Translations under genes and position numbers: made by a program | In this document: positions 28,420-37,968 of the stretch, piece by piece | Position numbering within the stretch: position 1 is the first letter of the stretch | Layout: each line of letters opens with the position of its first letter | From: an uncultured Pseudomonadota bacterium | Lineage (GTDB): Bacteria > Pseudomonadota > Alphaproteobacteria > Acetobacterales > Acetobacteraceae | Assembly: GCA_963822705.1 (NCBI GenBank) | Contig: CAWGIX010000006.1 | Coordinates: forward strand, 109,567-173,566 | DNA: 64,000 nucleotides | Direction: 5' to 3' | The notes under the pieces: model-generated | Databases searched by the model: none | What the model saw: the letters and a program-made list of their open reading frames with translations, nothing else | Told to the model about the DNA's origin: nothing

Positions 28420-28831
28420 TCACGGGGTGATCGAGAACACCGTGCCGCGACCGTTGGCGCCCCCGGAACTGGTAGTACCGTAGAGCGTCGCACCGACGGC
28501 GGTCAGGCCGGCGAGTGGGTATGCGCCATCACCGGGAACGGTTCCGAACGAATAGAGCACCGTTTCAACCCCGTCCCGCGTGATCGAGAATACGGTACCG
28601 GAGCGGTGCGCGCCGCCGCTATCCGTCGTGCCGTACAGCGTGCCGTTGAGGTTCACCAGTCCGGCAGCGGGAATTGCACCGTCGCGGGCGGTGCTGCCGA
28701 AAGAGTGCAGCACCTGCTCGTGGCCGTGCCGTCCTATGGAGAACACTGTGCCGGAAGTCATAGGCGCCACCGCGGAAGGTGGTGCCGTACAGGACCGGGC
28801 CGAGATGGTGCGATCTCCTTGGTGGCGTCAA
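28420..28831 (-). pseudogene. Fragment of a GloVer-type tandem-repeat protein (LYGTT..GG..GTVFSI repeats); frameshifted, no signal peptide
   Basis: Three to four repeats ('GTLYGTTDSGGAHRSGTVFSITRDG..VLYSF') in ORF 28420..28770. One more ('GPVLYGTTFRGGAYDF') is in another frame (ORF 28619..28831). Confidence 0.5.
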
Positions 28832-30609
28832 GCCGCCTGCGGCAGCGCGGCTAGCTCGCTGCCGGCCTGCTGCTTGCGCAGCAGTTCCCGATAGGGTCCG
28901 GGCCGGAACGCCAGTTCCGACGGCTTGCCGTCGTCCACCACGCGGCCATTCGCCATGACCACGATGCGATCGAAATTGCGCAGCGTTGACAGGCGGTGTG
29001 CAATCGCCACCACGGTGCGGCCCATCATCAGCGTGTCCAGCGCCAGCTGAATCGCCGCCTCGCTCTCGCTGTCCAGCGCCGAGGTGGCTTCGTCCAGCAG
29101 CAGGATCGGCGCGTCTTTGAGTAATGCCCGCGCAATGGCCAGCCTTTGGCGCTGGCCGCCCGACAGTTTGGTGCCGCGGTCGCCGACGATGGTGTCGTAC
29201 CCCTCCGGCAACGCCTCGATAAAGTCGCAGCGCGCCATCTCGGCGGCGGTGCGCACCTCGCGCTCGCTGGCCTCCGGCTTGGCGTAGCGGATGTTCTCCA
29301 GCACCGAGCGGTGGAACATGGAAATGTCCTGCGGCACCACGGCCACCATCTCGCGCAGAGAATCCTGGGTGATGTTGCGGATGTCCTGGCCGTCGATCAG
29401 CACGCGCCCGTCCTGCACGTCATAGAACCGCTGCAGCAGCGCCAGCACGGTGGATTTTCCCGCCCCCGAGGCGCCGACGAGCCCCACCCGCTGGCCCGGC
29501 TCGATGCACAGATCGAGATCGTTCAGGATCGGCTTGCGGCCGGGATAAGCAAAGGTCACGCCCTCGAAGCAAACCCGGCCGGGACCCGGCATCAGGGCGC
29601 GGGCGTTCTCGCTGTCGGTCAGCGAATGCGGCACCAGCAACGCCCCCAGCGCTTCCTCCAGCCGGGCGACGTGCTGGGTCAAGTCGACCAGCGCCACAGC
29701 GAGGTCGCGCGTGCTGTGTAGGATCAAAAACCCCAGCGAGCAGATCAGCACCAGATCGCCCGGCGATGCCTGCCCGTGCTGCCACATCACCACGCCCCAG
29801 GCCAGCAGGCCGGCGCACAGCACGGCGGTCAGCCCCGCGTGGATCAGCCGCAGTTTCTCCAGATACAGCAGGCTGCGCCGGCGGGCCCCCATCTCCACGC
29901 CGATACGGTCGGCCACGCGGCCGTGCTCGCGCAGGGTGGCGCCGAACGCGCGGACCACGCCCATGTTGGAGATCACGTCGACCAGTTCGCCGTCCACCGC
30001 GGCGGCGCGGCCGGCATAGTCGCGATGCAGTGGCGTGCCGCGCTGCGCCAGCTTGTAGATGATGACCGACAGCACGGCGCTGACGCCCACCAGAAACGCC
30101 GCCATCCAGGCATTCACGGTGGAAATCATGATGATGGCGATGATGCAGGCCAGCGACGGCGGCAGCACGTTCCAGGTGGTGGTCGTCTCAACCTGGAAAC
30201 TGGCGTTGGAGGTGGCGCTGATCCGTCCGGCCAGCGTGCCCGGCAGGCGGTCGGCGAAATAGCTCGGCGCGTGGCCGGTCAGGTGACGGAACAGGTCGCG
30301 GCGCACGTCTCCGGTCACCGCCACGAATGCTCGCGCGGCCATCCATCCGCCGATGCGCCAAGTCAGGTTGTCCGCGGCGATCAGCACGCAGAGCACCGCG
30401 AACGCACCCCAGACCGCGCTGCCGGAGCCCTGCGGGCCGTGCGAAACCGCATCGATCAGCCGCTTGATCCCGTATTGGGTGGAGACCGCCGCCAGAACCG
30501 CGGCGGACACCGCGCTCAACACGATCAGGTGCTGGATCGGGTGCTGGCGCACGTAGTGGAGCAGGAAGCCGAGCGGGCGGCTGCGATACGCGAGCAGCCG
30601 GGAGTGCAT
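28828..30609 (-). CDS. ABC transporter, fused permease/ATP-binding (ABCB/MsbA-like exporter)
   Basis: Starts at 'MHSRLLAYRSRPLGFLLHYV'. Six TM segments, then Walker A 'GASGAGKST', 'LSGGQRQR' and 'LLLDEATSALD'. Confidence 0.9.
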   Translation of the reverse strand: MHSRLLAYRSRPLGFLLHYVRQHPIQHLIVLSAVSAAVLAAVSTQYGIKRLIDAVSHGPQGSGSAVWGAFAVLCVLIAADNLTWRIGGWMAARAFVAVTGDVRRDLFRHLTGHAPSYFADRLPGTLAGRISATSNASFQVETTTTWNVLPPSLACIIAIIMISTVNAWMAAFLVGVSAVLSVIIYKLAQRGTPLHRDYAGRAAAVDGELVDVISNMGVVRAFGATLREHGRVADRIGVEMGARRRSLLYLEKLRLIHAGLTAVLCAGLLAWGVVMWQHGQASPGDLVLICSLGFLILHSTRDLAVALVDLTQHVARLEEALGALLVPHSLTDSENARALMPGPGRVCFEGVTFAYPGRKPILNDLDLCIEPGQRVGLVGASGAGKSTVLALLQRFYDVQDGRVLIDGQDIRNITQDSLREMVAVVPQDISMFHRSVLENIRYAKPEASEREVRTAAEMARCDFIEALPEGYDTIVGDRGTKLSGGQRQRLAIARALLKDAPILLLDEATSALDSESEAAIQLALDTLMMGRTVVAIAHRLSTLRNFDRIVVMANGRVVDDGKPSELAFRPGPYRELLRKQQAGSELAALPQAA

Positions 30610-30936
30610 GGAGTGGCCGGTGCGGTCTTGGAGACCGCGCTCGCGGGCCCTCCGGTCTCGGACGATGCTGGGGTTGCGGGCAGACAAGGTGCGGGCACTC
30701 CTAATGCTTTTGAGCGCGTCGGCGCATCTACGCGACCAATGCGGCCGGATTTTGTCAAAATGCGCGCGGGCTCGCGGCAAATGCATTCACGGAATTGGGA
30801 ACTCGCCGGCTTTAAAAGCGTCATGCCGGTGCCCAGCTTTAGCCATCATCGGTGCCTAGATGCCTAGCGCGCCGATGTTGCTGATCATATCGGCAAAGTT
30901 TGCCTGACGTCATTTCTTCCCTGTCGAGAGGTTCAG

Positions 30937-31998
30937 ATGCGTATCGCCCAAATCGCGCCGCTGTTCGAGGCGGTGCCGCCGAAACTGTACGGCGGTACCG
31001 AGCGCGTGGTATCGGCATTGACCGAAGAGCTGGTGGCCATGGGCCACGACGTGACGCTGTTCGCCAGCGGCGACAGCGTGACCGCAGCCACCCTGGCCGC
31101 GATCCGGCCGGAGGCGCTACGCCTGGATCCGTCGATCAAGGACTGGGTTTCATGCGTCAACTGTCAAGTCGAGCTGGTGCGCCGGCGCGCGCACGAATTC
31201 GACGTTCTGCACTTCCACATCGATTATTTCCCCAACTCCGTGATGACGCGCCAGTCGACGCCGTTCCTGACCACGATCCACGGGCGGCTCGATATGCCGG
31301 AGCTCGGGGATGTGTACAAGCTGTTCCCCCAGGTGCCGCTGGTGTCGATCAGCGATAGCCAGCGCCGGCCGCTGCCGAACCTGAACTGGGTGCGCACGGT
31401 GCGGCACGGGATGCCGGCCGACAAGCTGCGCCCGGTGCCCGCCGAACCGGACTACTTCGCCTTCCTTGGCCGCATATCGCCGGAAAAGGGCATTGAGAGC
31501 GCCATCCGCATCGCCACCGCGGTCGGCGTGAAGCTGAAAGTAGCGGCCAAGGTCGATCCTGCCGACCGTGTCTATTTTGAGGGCTCGGTGGCGCCGCTGC
31601 TGGCGCAGGCGGGGGCCAATGTGGAGTTCATCGGCGAGATCAATGACGCGCAAAAACCGGCGTTCCTGTCGGGCGCCAAAGCGCTGCTGTTCCCCATCGA
31701 CTGGCCGGAACCCTTCGGTTTGGTGATGATCGAGGCGATGGCCTGCGGCTGCCCCGTTATCGCCCGGCGTCGCGGCTCGGTGCCCGAGGTGATGGAGGAC
31801 GGGGTCACCGGTTTCGTGGTCGAGAACGACGCCGAGGCGGTGGCGGCGATCGGCCAGCTGCATACGCTCGACCGTGCCACCGTCCGCCGCCGGTTCGACG
31901 AGCGCTGGACCGCTCGACGGATGGCCGAGGATTACGTGGATGTCTACGAGGAGCTGATCGAGGCCCGCCAGCCGCGGCTGCGCGCCGTCGGCGACTAG
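30937..31998 (+). CDS. Glycosyltransferase family 4
   Basis: 'MRIAQIAPLFEAVPPKLYGGTERVV', 'FLGRISPEKG', 'EPFGLVMIEAMACGCPVI'. 353 aa. Confidence 0.88.
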   Translation: MRIAQIAPLFEAVPPKLYGGTERVVSALTEELVAMGHDVTLFASGDSVTAATLAAIRPEALRLDPSIKDWVSCVNCQVELVRRRAHEFDVLHFHIDYFPNSVMTRQSTPFLTTIHGRLDMPELGDVYKLFPQVPLVSISDSQRRPLPNLNWVRTVRHGMPADKLRPVPAEPDYFAFLGRISPEKGIESAIRIATAVGVKLKVAAKVDPADRVYFEGSVAPLLAQAGANVEFIGEINDAQKPAFLSGAKALLFPIDWPEPFGLVMIEAMACGCPVIARRRGSVPEVMEDGVTGFVVENDAEAVAAIGQLHTLDRATVRRRFDERWTARRMAEDYVDVYEELIEARQPRLRAVGD

Positions 31999-32011
31999 GC
32001 TGTTGTGCCGC

Positions 32012-32037
32012 CCCCGGTGCCGACGCCGGCACCGGGG
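32012..32037 (+). terminator. Stem-loop 3' of the GT4 gene
   Basis: CCCCGGTGCCG-ACGC-CGGCACCGGGG: perfect 11-bp stem, 13 nt after the stop. No U-tract. Confidence 0.6.
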
Positions 32038-32248
32038 AGACTTTCACGAAGCCACAGATACGATCGGGGGGCGGAACCGGGTCTGCGCGTATTCACTGCC
32101 AGCCCCCGCCGCCGGCTCTTGGTCGTGACAAAACGCGCTGTCGCTGGGCAGCCAGCACGCCTCGGCCTGAGGGCGGTTGCCGGACCGTTTCACCGTCCCT
32201 AAGGTCGCGCGTCCAACATCATCAAATTAGGGGAGCTTCCGTAAAGCC

Positions 32249-33598
32249 ATGAGGAAACGTCTGCTCGCGACCGCGGCCGCGGTGGCACTGATTGCGGCGA
32301 CCCTGGTGCCACCCGCCCGCGCCGCCGACGACTGGCTGGCAAAAGCGGCCCAGCCGTTCAAGGGCACCCAGCTCAACGTCATCTTCCTCGACCGCCCCGG
32401 CTACCGCGCGATCGAGAAGCTGCTGCCGGAGTTCGAGAAGAAGACCGGCATAAAGGTGAACTACGAAGTAGTGCCGTACGAGAACACCCGTGAAAAGGAA
32501 GTTCTGAACTTTACCAGCCAGGGCGAGCTGACGATCGCGCTGGTTGACCTGGTGTGGATAGGCGAATTCGCCGAGAATGGCTGGATCCTGCCGATCGACA
32601 AATTCGCCAAAGACGCCTCGATCACTGACCCCAACCTGAACCTGAAAGGCTTCTTTCCGCTGCTGCTGAGCGCATTCGGAACCTGGGGCGGCACCACTTA
32701 TGGCCTGCCGTTCGACAACTATTCCGGGCTGCTGTTCTACAACAAGTGCCAGCTCAAGGATGCGGGCTTCGACAAGCCGCCCGCCACCTGGGCCGAGTTG
32801 CGCGACACCTACGCCCCGAAACTCACCGACAAGGCAAAAAACCACTACGGCTACGCCTTGCAGTCGCTGCGCGGCGAAACCCAGTCGGCCGACAGTTTCA
32901 TGCGCATGCTGTGGCCGTTCGGCGGCTCGCTACTGGACAAGACGTTCCACAGCAACCTGGAGAGCAAGCCGAGCCAGGACGGGTTGCAGTTCCGCCAGTC
33001 GCTGCTGCCCTACATGCCACCCGGAGTGGTGAGCTGGGACCACGCCGAGGCCGTCAACGGTCTGGCGCAGGGCCAAGTGTCGATGATCACGGAGTGGTCG
33101 GCTTTCTACTCGACGCTGACCGATCCAAAAACCTCGAAGATTACCGATTGCCTGGGCGTCGCTCCCGAACCGTCCGGGCCGGCCGGGCGCCTGCCCGCGC
33201 TGGGCGGGTTTTCGCTGGCCGTTGCCGCGCAAGGCTCCGAGGCGCAGCAGAAGGCGTCGTGGCTGTTCATCCAGTGGGCCACGAGCGAGGACATCGCGCG
33301 CGCCTATGTCGAGGCGGGCGGCGTGTCCGGGCGCATGTCGATCTACCAGCAGCCGGACATCAAGGCGAAATACTCGTTCGTCGAGCCGATGGTGGAAAGC
33401 TGGCAGAAAGGCGTGCCGGAGTTCCGCCCGCGCTTCCCGGCCTGGCCCGCGATTTCTGAAATCATCGCCGAGTGGGGCAGCAAGATGGAGCTGGGCCAGG
33501 TCAGCACCATGGAGGGCGCCAAGGAGATCGGCACCCGCATGGAGGCGGTGCTGAAGAAGGAAGGATATTACGACGGCAAGAAGCAGCTGCTGCAGTAG
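32249..33598 (+). CDS. Sugar ABC transporter substrate-binding protein (family 1 SBP)
   Basis: Signal peptide 'MRKRLLATAAAVALIAATLVPPARA'. 'VDLVWIGEFAENGWILPID'. 449 aa. Confidence 0.9.
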   Translation: MRKRLLATAAAVALIAATLVPPARAADDWLAKAAQPFKGTQLNVIFLDRPGYRAIEKLLPEFEKKTGIKVNYEVVPYENTREKEVLNFTSQGELTIALVDLVWIGEFAENGWILPIDKFAKDASITDPNLNLKGFFPLLLSAFGTWGGTTYGLPFDNYSGLLFYNKCQLKDAGFDKPPATWAELRDTYAPKLTDKAKNHYGYALQSLRGETQSADSFMRMLWPFGGSLLDKTFHSNLESKPSQDGLQFRQSLLPYMPPGVVSWDHAEAVNGLAQGQVSMITEWSAFYSTLTDPKTSKITDCLGVAPEPSGPAGRLPALGGFSLAVAAQGSEAQQKASWLFIQWATSEDIARAYVEAGGVSGRMSIYQQPDIKAKYSFVEPMVESWQKGVPEFRPRFPAWPAISEIIAEWGSKMELGQVSTMEGAKEIGTRMEAVLKKEGYYDGKKQLLQ

Positions 33599-33619
33599 TC
33601 GCGCTTGAACGGCAAGCCG

Positions 33620-33654
33620 ATGCCGGTGTCGGCATGGCCGGGCTTGACCCGGCC
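33620..33654 (+). terminator. Two adjacent stem-loops between the SBP and permease genes (attenuator or mRNA-stabiliser candidate)
   Basis: ATGCCG-GTGT-CGGCAT (33620-33635) and GGCCGGG-CTTGA-CCCGGCC (33636-33654). Confidence 0.4.
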
Positions 33655-33732
33655 ATTCACGGCCGCCACGGCGCGGCAGGCGGATCCCCGGGTCAGGCCC
33701 GGGGATGACGCCCCTTTGGAACGCTGAGCCTT

Positions 33733-34638
33733 TTGGCAGGCGTTGCGGTCCGCCGCAGCCGGTTGGCCCACGGACGTTGGACGCCGCTGGGGTTCCTGGC
33801 GCCGGCGGTGCTGACCCTGCTCGTGGTCGGCATTTTTCCGACCATCTTCGCCGTCGTCACCTCACTGCGGCGCTATAACATCACCCGACCGCGGGAAGGA
33901 TTTCCGTTTGTCGGGCTGGACAACTATGTCTCCGTCCTGACCGACGACACGTTTCGCGCGGCGCTGCTGCGCACGGTCGGGTTCTTTCTGACCGTCATGC
34001 CGGTCGAAATCGTGCTGGGGCTGCTGGCCGCCCTGCTGCTGCACCGGCCGGGATGGAGCGGCGTGCGCACGCTGGCGCGGGTGTCCCTGGTGGTGCCGCT
34101 GGCCACTACCTATGCCGTGGTGGGCCTGCTCGGGCGGCTGATTTTCAACCGCGATTTTGGGGTGGCCAACTGGCTGGTGGGCCTGGTGGGCATTCCGCCG
34201 ATCGACTGGCTGGGCAGTCCCACCGGTGCCGTGATCGCCATCATGGTGATGGATGTCTGGCAGTGGACCCCGTTCTGCGCCCTTATCTTCTTATCCGGCC
34301 TGTCCATGGTGCCGCCCGAAGTGGAAGAGGCGGCGCGGCTCGAAACCCGCAGTTTCGTCTCCTTGGTACGCTACGTGCAGCTACCCTACCTGCTGCCCGG
34401 CTTCACCGCCATGCTGATCCTGCGCTCGGCCGACGTGCTGAAGCTGTTTGACGCGGTGTTCACCATGACGCGCGGCGGCCCCGGGGCGGCGACCGAGCTG
34501 ATCTCGATCTACATCCAGCGCCTCGGCTTTCGCGTGTTCGACCTTGGCACCGCGTCCGCGCAGGCGATCTTGCTGCTGATCCTGACGATCATGCTGAGCC
34601 GCCTTTACATCCGCATCTTTTACCGGGAGATCGACTGA
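33733..34638 (+). CDS. Sugar ABC transporter permease
   Basis: Six-TM ORF with an 'EEAARLETRSFVSLVRYVQLP' EAA loop. TTG start per the ORF track. Confidence 0.88.
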   Translation: MAGVAVRRSRLAHGRWTPLGFLAPAVLTLLVVGIFPTIFAVVTSLRRYNITRPREGFPFVGLDNYVSVLTDDTFRAALLRTVGFFLTVMPVEIVLGLLAALLLHRPGWSGVRTLARVSLVVPLATTYAVVGLLGRLIFNRDFGVANWLVGLVGIPPIDWLGSPTGAVIAIMVMDVWQWTPFCALIFLSGLSMVPPEVEEAARLETRSFVSLVRYVQLPYLLPGFTAMLILRSADVLKLFDAVFTMTRGGPGAATELISIYIQRLGFRVFDLGTASAQAILLLILTIMLSRLYIRIFYREID

Positions 34639-34640
34639 GC

Positions 34641-35465
34641 ATGGCACGTCGCGCCGGATCAGCGAGGCTGCTGCACCTGCTCGGCCTGCTCGCGGTGTTT
34701 TGCTTCGCTGCGTTCCCGTTCTATTGGATGGTGTCCAGCAGTTTCAAGGAACAGGCGGATTTGCTGGCGAGCCCGCCGGTGTGGTTCTTCCGTCCGACGC
34801 TGGCGCACTATTTCGAAACCTTCGCCGACGACACGGTCATTCTGGGCATCCTGAACTCGCTGATCGTGGCGGTCAGCACCACCGTGATCGCGGTGGCGCT
34901 CGGCACCCCCGCCGCTTATGCGCTGGCGCGGTTTGAGTTCCGCGGCAAAGCCGATCTGTGGTTCTGGTTCATCAGCAACCGCATGATCAGCCCGATCGTG
35001 CTGGCGCTGCCGGTCTACTTGCTGGCGCGCCAGACCGGGTTGCTGGACACCCATCTGGTGCTGGTGCTGATCTATCTCACCTTCAACCTGCCGATCGTGG
35101 TGTGGATCTGCACCGATCAGTTCCGCAGCATCCCGGCGGAACTGGAGCAGGCGGCGCGCCTCGATCATGCCAACGACTGGCAGATTTTCACCCGCATCTA
35201 CCTGCCGCTCGCGCTGCCCGGCATCGCGGTCTCGGCCATCTTCAGCTTCATCTTTTCCTGGAACGAGCTGCTCTATGCCCTGGTCCTAACCCGCCGCGAC
35301 GTGCAGACCGCGCCGGTGGTGGCGACCAGCTTCATGTCCGGCTACGAGCTACCCTGGGGAAAGATCATGGCTACGGGTACCGTGATCGTGTTGCCGGTGA
35401 CCCTGTTCGCGCTGGTCGTGTCGCGCCACATGATTCGCGGGCTGACGATGGGGGCCACGAAGTAG
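34641..35465 (+). CDS. Carbohydrate ABC transporter permease
   Basis: 'EQAARLDHANDWQIFTRIYLPLALPG' EAA loop. 274 aa. Confidence 0.9.
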   Translation: MARRAGSARLLHLLGLLAVFCFAAFPFYWMVSSSFKEQADLLASPPVWFFRPTLAHYFETFADDTVILGILNSLIVAVSTTVIAVALGTPAAYALARFEFRGKADLWFWFISNRMISPIVLALPVYLLARQTGLLDTHLVLVLIYLTFNLPIVVWICTDQFRSIPAELEQAARLDHANDWQIFTRIYLPLALPGIAVSAIFSFIFSWNELLYALVLTRRDVQTAPVVATSFMSGYELPWGKIMATGTVIVLPVTLFALVVSRHMIRGLTMGATK

Positions 35466-35491
35466 CGCCTTGGTCACCACGATCCGAGCCG

Positions 35492-35790
35492 ATGCCGATA
35501 CCGACCAGACCGTCGCCCGACATCGCCGACCGGCTTGGCCTCACGCGTCTGCGGTGGTCGACCATCCGCTGAATCGCCGCGGACTGGCGCTTTCGCCCCT
35601 CCAGCCGGGCGCCGTGCCGGTGTCCATTCTGGCCTCGGGAGGACCAGAACAAGCTGCCGGTCATGCGCGGCATTCTGGCCAGCGGCTTCATTACCCGGAT
35701 CGTGACCGACGAAGCCTGGGCCCGCGCCTTTGCTGGAGCCGAGTTGGGACCGCTTCGGGCTGGAAAACCCTCCGGTGCCCGGCTAAGCGG
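35492..35790 (+). pseudogene. Possible internally deleted, frameshifted remnant of a SorC/DeoR-type sugar-binding regulator
   Basis: HTH-like 'DIADRLGLTRLR' (frame 2, ATG 35492). The piece 'NKLPVMRGILASGFITRIVTDEAWARAF', also in frame 2 but downstream of the in-frame stop at 35570-35572, resembles SorC C-termini. Confidence 0.25.
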
Positions 35791-35815
35791 GGCGGCGCGG
35801 GTATTCGGAGGATAG

Positions 35816-36501
35816 ATGGCACTGCGAACCGCCAAGCCGGGGATGCGTCTGCCCATGCGCGTCTGGGATGGGCCGGTCCGTCTGGTCCATTGGCTGCTCG
35901 CGCTTTTGGTGGCGGCCGCCTACGTGACCTCGCAGGCCAATGCCTGGCGTCTGCATCTTTGGGTCGGGTACATCGTCTTGACCCTGCTGCTGTTCCGCCT
36001 GCTCTGGGGTTTCGTCGGCAGCGAGACGGCGCGGTTCCGCGCCTTTTTGGTCAGCCCCGTCGCCGGGCTGCGTCACTTGGCCCGCTTCGGGGGACGGGAG
36101 CCGGACAACCAGGTGGGCCACAACGAGGCAGGCGGCTGGATGGTGCTGATCCTGTTGGCACTGCTGGCCGCCCAGGTCGGCACCGGCCTGTTTGCCCGGC
36201 GTAACAAAGCCCATATCGAGGCGCCGCTGGCCCACACCGTTGCGTCCGGCCACCAGCGGCGACCTGTCCCAGGTACATAGCTGGCTGTTCTACGTTCTTC
36301 TGGCCGCCATCGTCGTGCATGTGGCGGCGGTCGCGGCCTATGCAGTGGTCAAGGGCCAAGACCTGGTCCGCCCGATGGTCAGCGGCAAGAAACTGCTGCC
36401 GGCCGCAACCAGGGCGCCGCGAATGGCGCCTCTGGCACTGGCGCTGCTGATCCTGGCGGTGGTGGCGGCGGCGGTGGCTGTTGCTGGTAACCCAGGCCTG
36501 A
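35816..36501 (+). pseudogene. Cytochrome b561 family (Ni_hydr_CYTB-type) membrane protein; frameshift about 36225-36250, 3' end uncertain
   Basis: 'VWDGPVRLVHWLLALLV', 'GHNEAGGWMVLILL' in ORF 35816..36280. 'SQVHSWLFYVLLAAIVVHVAAV...RPMVSGKK' in the frame of ORF 36192. Confidence 0.6.
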
Positions 36502-36602
36502 CTGTGGCGTTGCTTGAAGGTCGTCACAGGCCGGACCTTGCGGTGTCGCCCGGGGCGGAGGAAACCGGATCTTGGTCCGCTGCCGAGCAAGGAACGTCTG
36601 GC

Positions 36603-37185
36603 ATGCCGCAGGTCCGATCGGTCGCCGTTTTCTGCGGCGCGCGTCCCGGCATCGGGCCTGCGTTCGCGCGGGCCGCCGCGGCGCTGGGCGAAGGCTTGGC
36701 GCGAGCCGGCATACGGCTGGTTTATGGCGGCGGCCGGGTCGGCTTGATGGGAGCGTTGGCCGACGCCTGCCTGGCGGCCGGCGGCCAGGTCATCGGCGTC
36801 ATCCCCGAGTTTCTTACGCGATCGGAGGTGGCGCATCCGTACGCCGACCAGATGATCGTGACCGACAGCATGCACAGCCGCAAGCGGCGGATGTTCGAAC
36901 TGGCCGACGCGTTTGTCTCGTTTGCCGGCGGGCTGGGCACGCTGGACGAGACGTTCGAGATCCTGACCTGGCGGCAGCTTGGTCTGCACGACAAGCCGAT
37001 CCTCATCTGCGACCTCGACGGCAGTGCGGAGCCGCTGCTCAACCTGATCGAGGCAACGATCGCGGACCGGTTTTGCGCAGCCGGCAGCGCGCGGCTTGTA
37101 CGACGTCGCGTATGGCGTGCCGGCCCTGCTGGCGGCGATCGGTGCCACCGCGCCGGCTCCGCCGGTCGATGCCGAGCGGTTCTGA
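36603..37185 (+). pseudogene. LOG-family (TIGR00730) nucleotide phosphoribohydrolase; frameshift about 37063-37068
   Basis: 'VAVFCGARPG', 'LVYGGGRVGLMG', 'MHSRKRRMFELADAFVSFAGGLGTLDE' in frame 0. C-terminus 'TGFAQPAARGLYDVAYGVPALLAAIG...ERF*' in frame 1. Confidence 0.8.
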
Positions 37186-37239
37186 AGCCGCTCGTTCTCT
37201 CTTGCCCGCGTCGCTCCGCGAGGCTATGTCCCGCAGCGC

Positions 37240-37316
37240 CGGAGTGTAGCTCAGCCTGGTAGAGCACTGTGTTCGGGACGCAGGGGCCGGAGGTTCGAAT
37301 CCTCTCACTCCGACCA
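37240..37316 (+). tRNA. tRNA-Pro (anticodon CGG), CCA encoded
   Basis: Cloverleaf folded by hand: acceptor CGGAGTG/CACTCCG, D arm GCTC..GAGC, anticodon loop TTCGGGA, T loop GGTTCGAATCC, 3' ACCA. Confidence 0.93.
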
Positions 37317-37401
37317 GGCGCACGCGTTAGTTCCCGATCGATCGGGGTCAGCGGGCTGCGGGGCGAGACGCTAAGATCGCCACCGTGGACGGAGCCGCCG
37401 C

Positions 37402-37917
37402 ATGGACATCAAGGACCACATCCGGGCCATTCCGGATTTCCCCAAACCCGGCATTCTCTTCTACGACATTTCCACGTTGCTGCGGCATGCCGAGGCGTGG
37501 CAGGTGGCCATGGATCGCATGGCGGGGCTGGTGGAGGAGCACAGGCCCGACCTCCTGGCTGGTGTGGAGTCGCGCGGTTTTTTGCTCGCCGCACCTTTGG
37601 CACTGAAACTCGGCTGCGGATTTGTCATGCTGCGCAAGCGCGGCAAGCTGCCGGGCGATGTGGTCGGGCTCGACTACGCGCTCGAATACGGCAGCGACCG
37701 CATTGAAATCCAGGCCGACGCGATCAGCCCCGGCGACCGGGTGGTGGTGGTCGATGACCTGCTGGCGACAGGCGGCACCATGGCGGCCGGGATAAAATTG
37801 CTGCGCAACGTCGGCGCCGAGATTCCCGCGGCTGCGGCGTTGATCGAGTTGACATTTCTGCGTGGCCGTGAGCGGCTTGACGTGCCGACCGCCACCCTGA
37901 TCGCGTACGATTCTTGA
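37402..37917 (+). CDS. apt: Adenine phosphoribosyltransferase
   Basis: '[14 protein letters not shown]', '[13 protein letters not shown]' PRPP motif. 171 aa. Confidence 0.95.
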   Translation: MDIKDHIRAIPDFPKPGILFYDISTLLRHAEAWQVAMDRMAGLVEEHRPDLLAGVESRGFLLAAPLALKLGCGFVMLRKRGKLPGDVVGLDYALEYGSDRIEIQADAISPGDRVVVVDDLLATGGTMAAGIKLLRNVGAEIPAAAALIELTFLRGRERLDVPTATLIAYDS

Positions 37918-37968
37918 TTTTCCGACCCGTGCCCCGCAGGGTCCTTCGACGAGTGACAACTGCGGCAA

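Noticed and set aside
35470-36204. ORF 35470..36204 as the missing ABC ATPase of the sugar importer.
   Set aside because: It has no Walker A/B or LSGGQ motifs. Its composition is Arg/Gly/Pro-rich, and it overlaps the cytochrome b561 gene out of frame.
36192-37262. A single 356-aa cytochrome b-LOG fusion protein.
   Set aside because: LOG has its own ATG ('MPQVRSVAVFCG') and a typical full-length domain. The 3' part of this ORF is out-of-frame junk relative to the true LOG C-terminus. The continuity is best explained by missing stops in GC-rich DNA plus indels.
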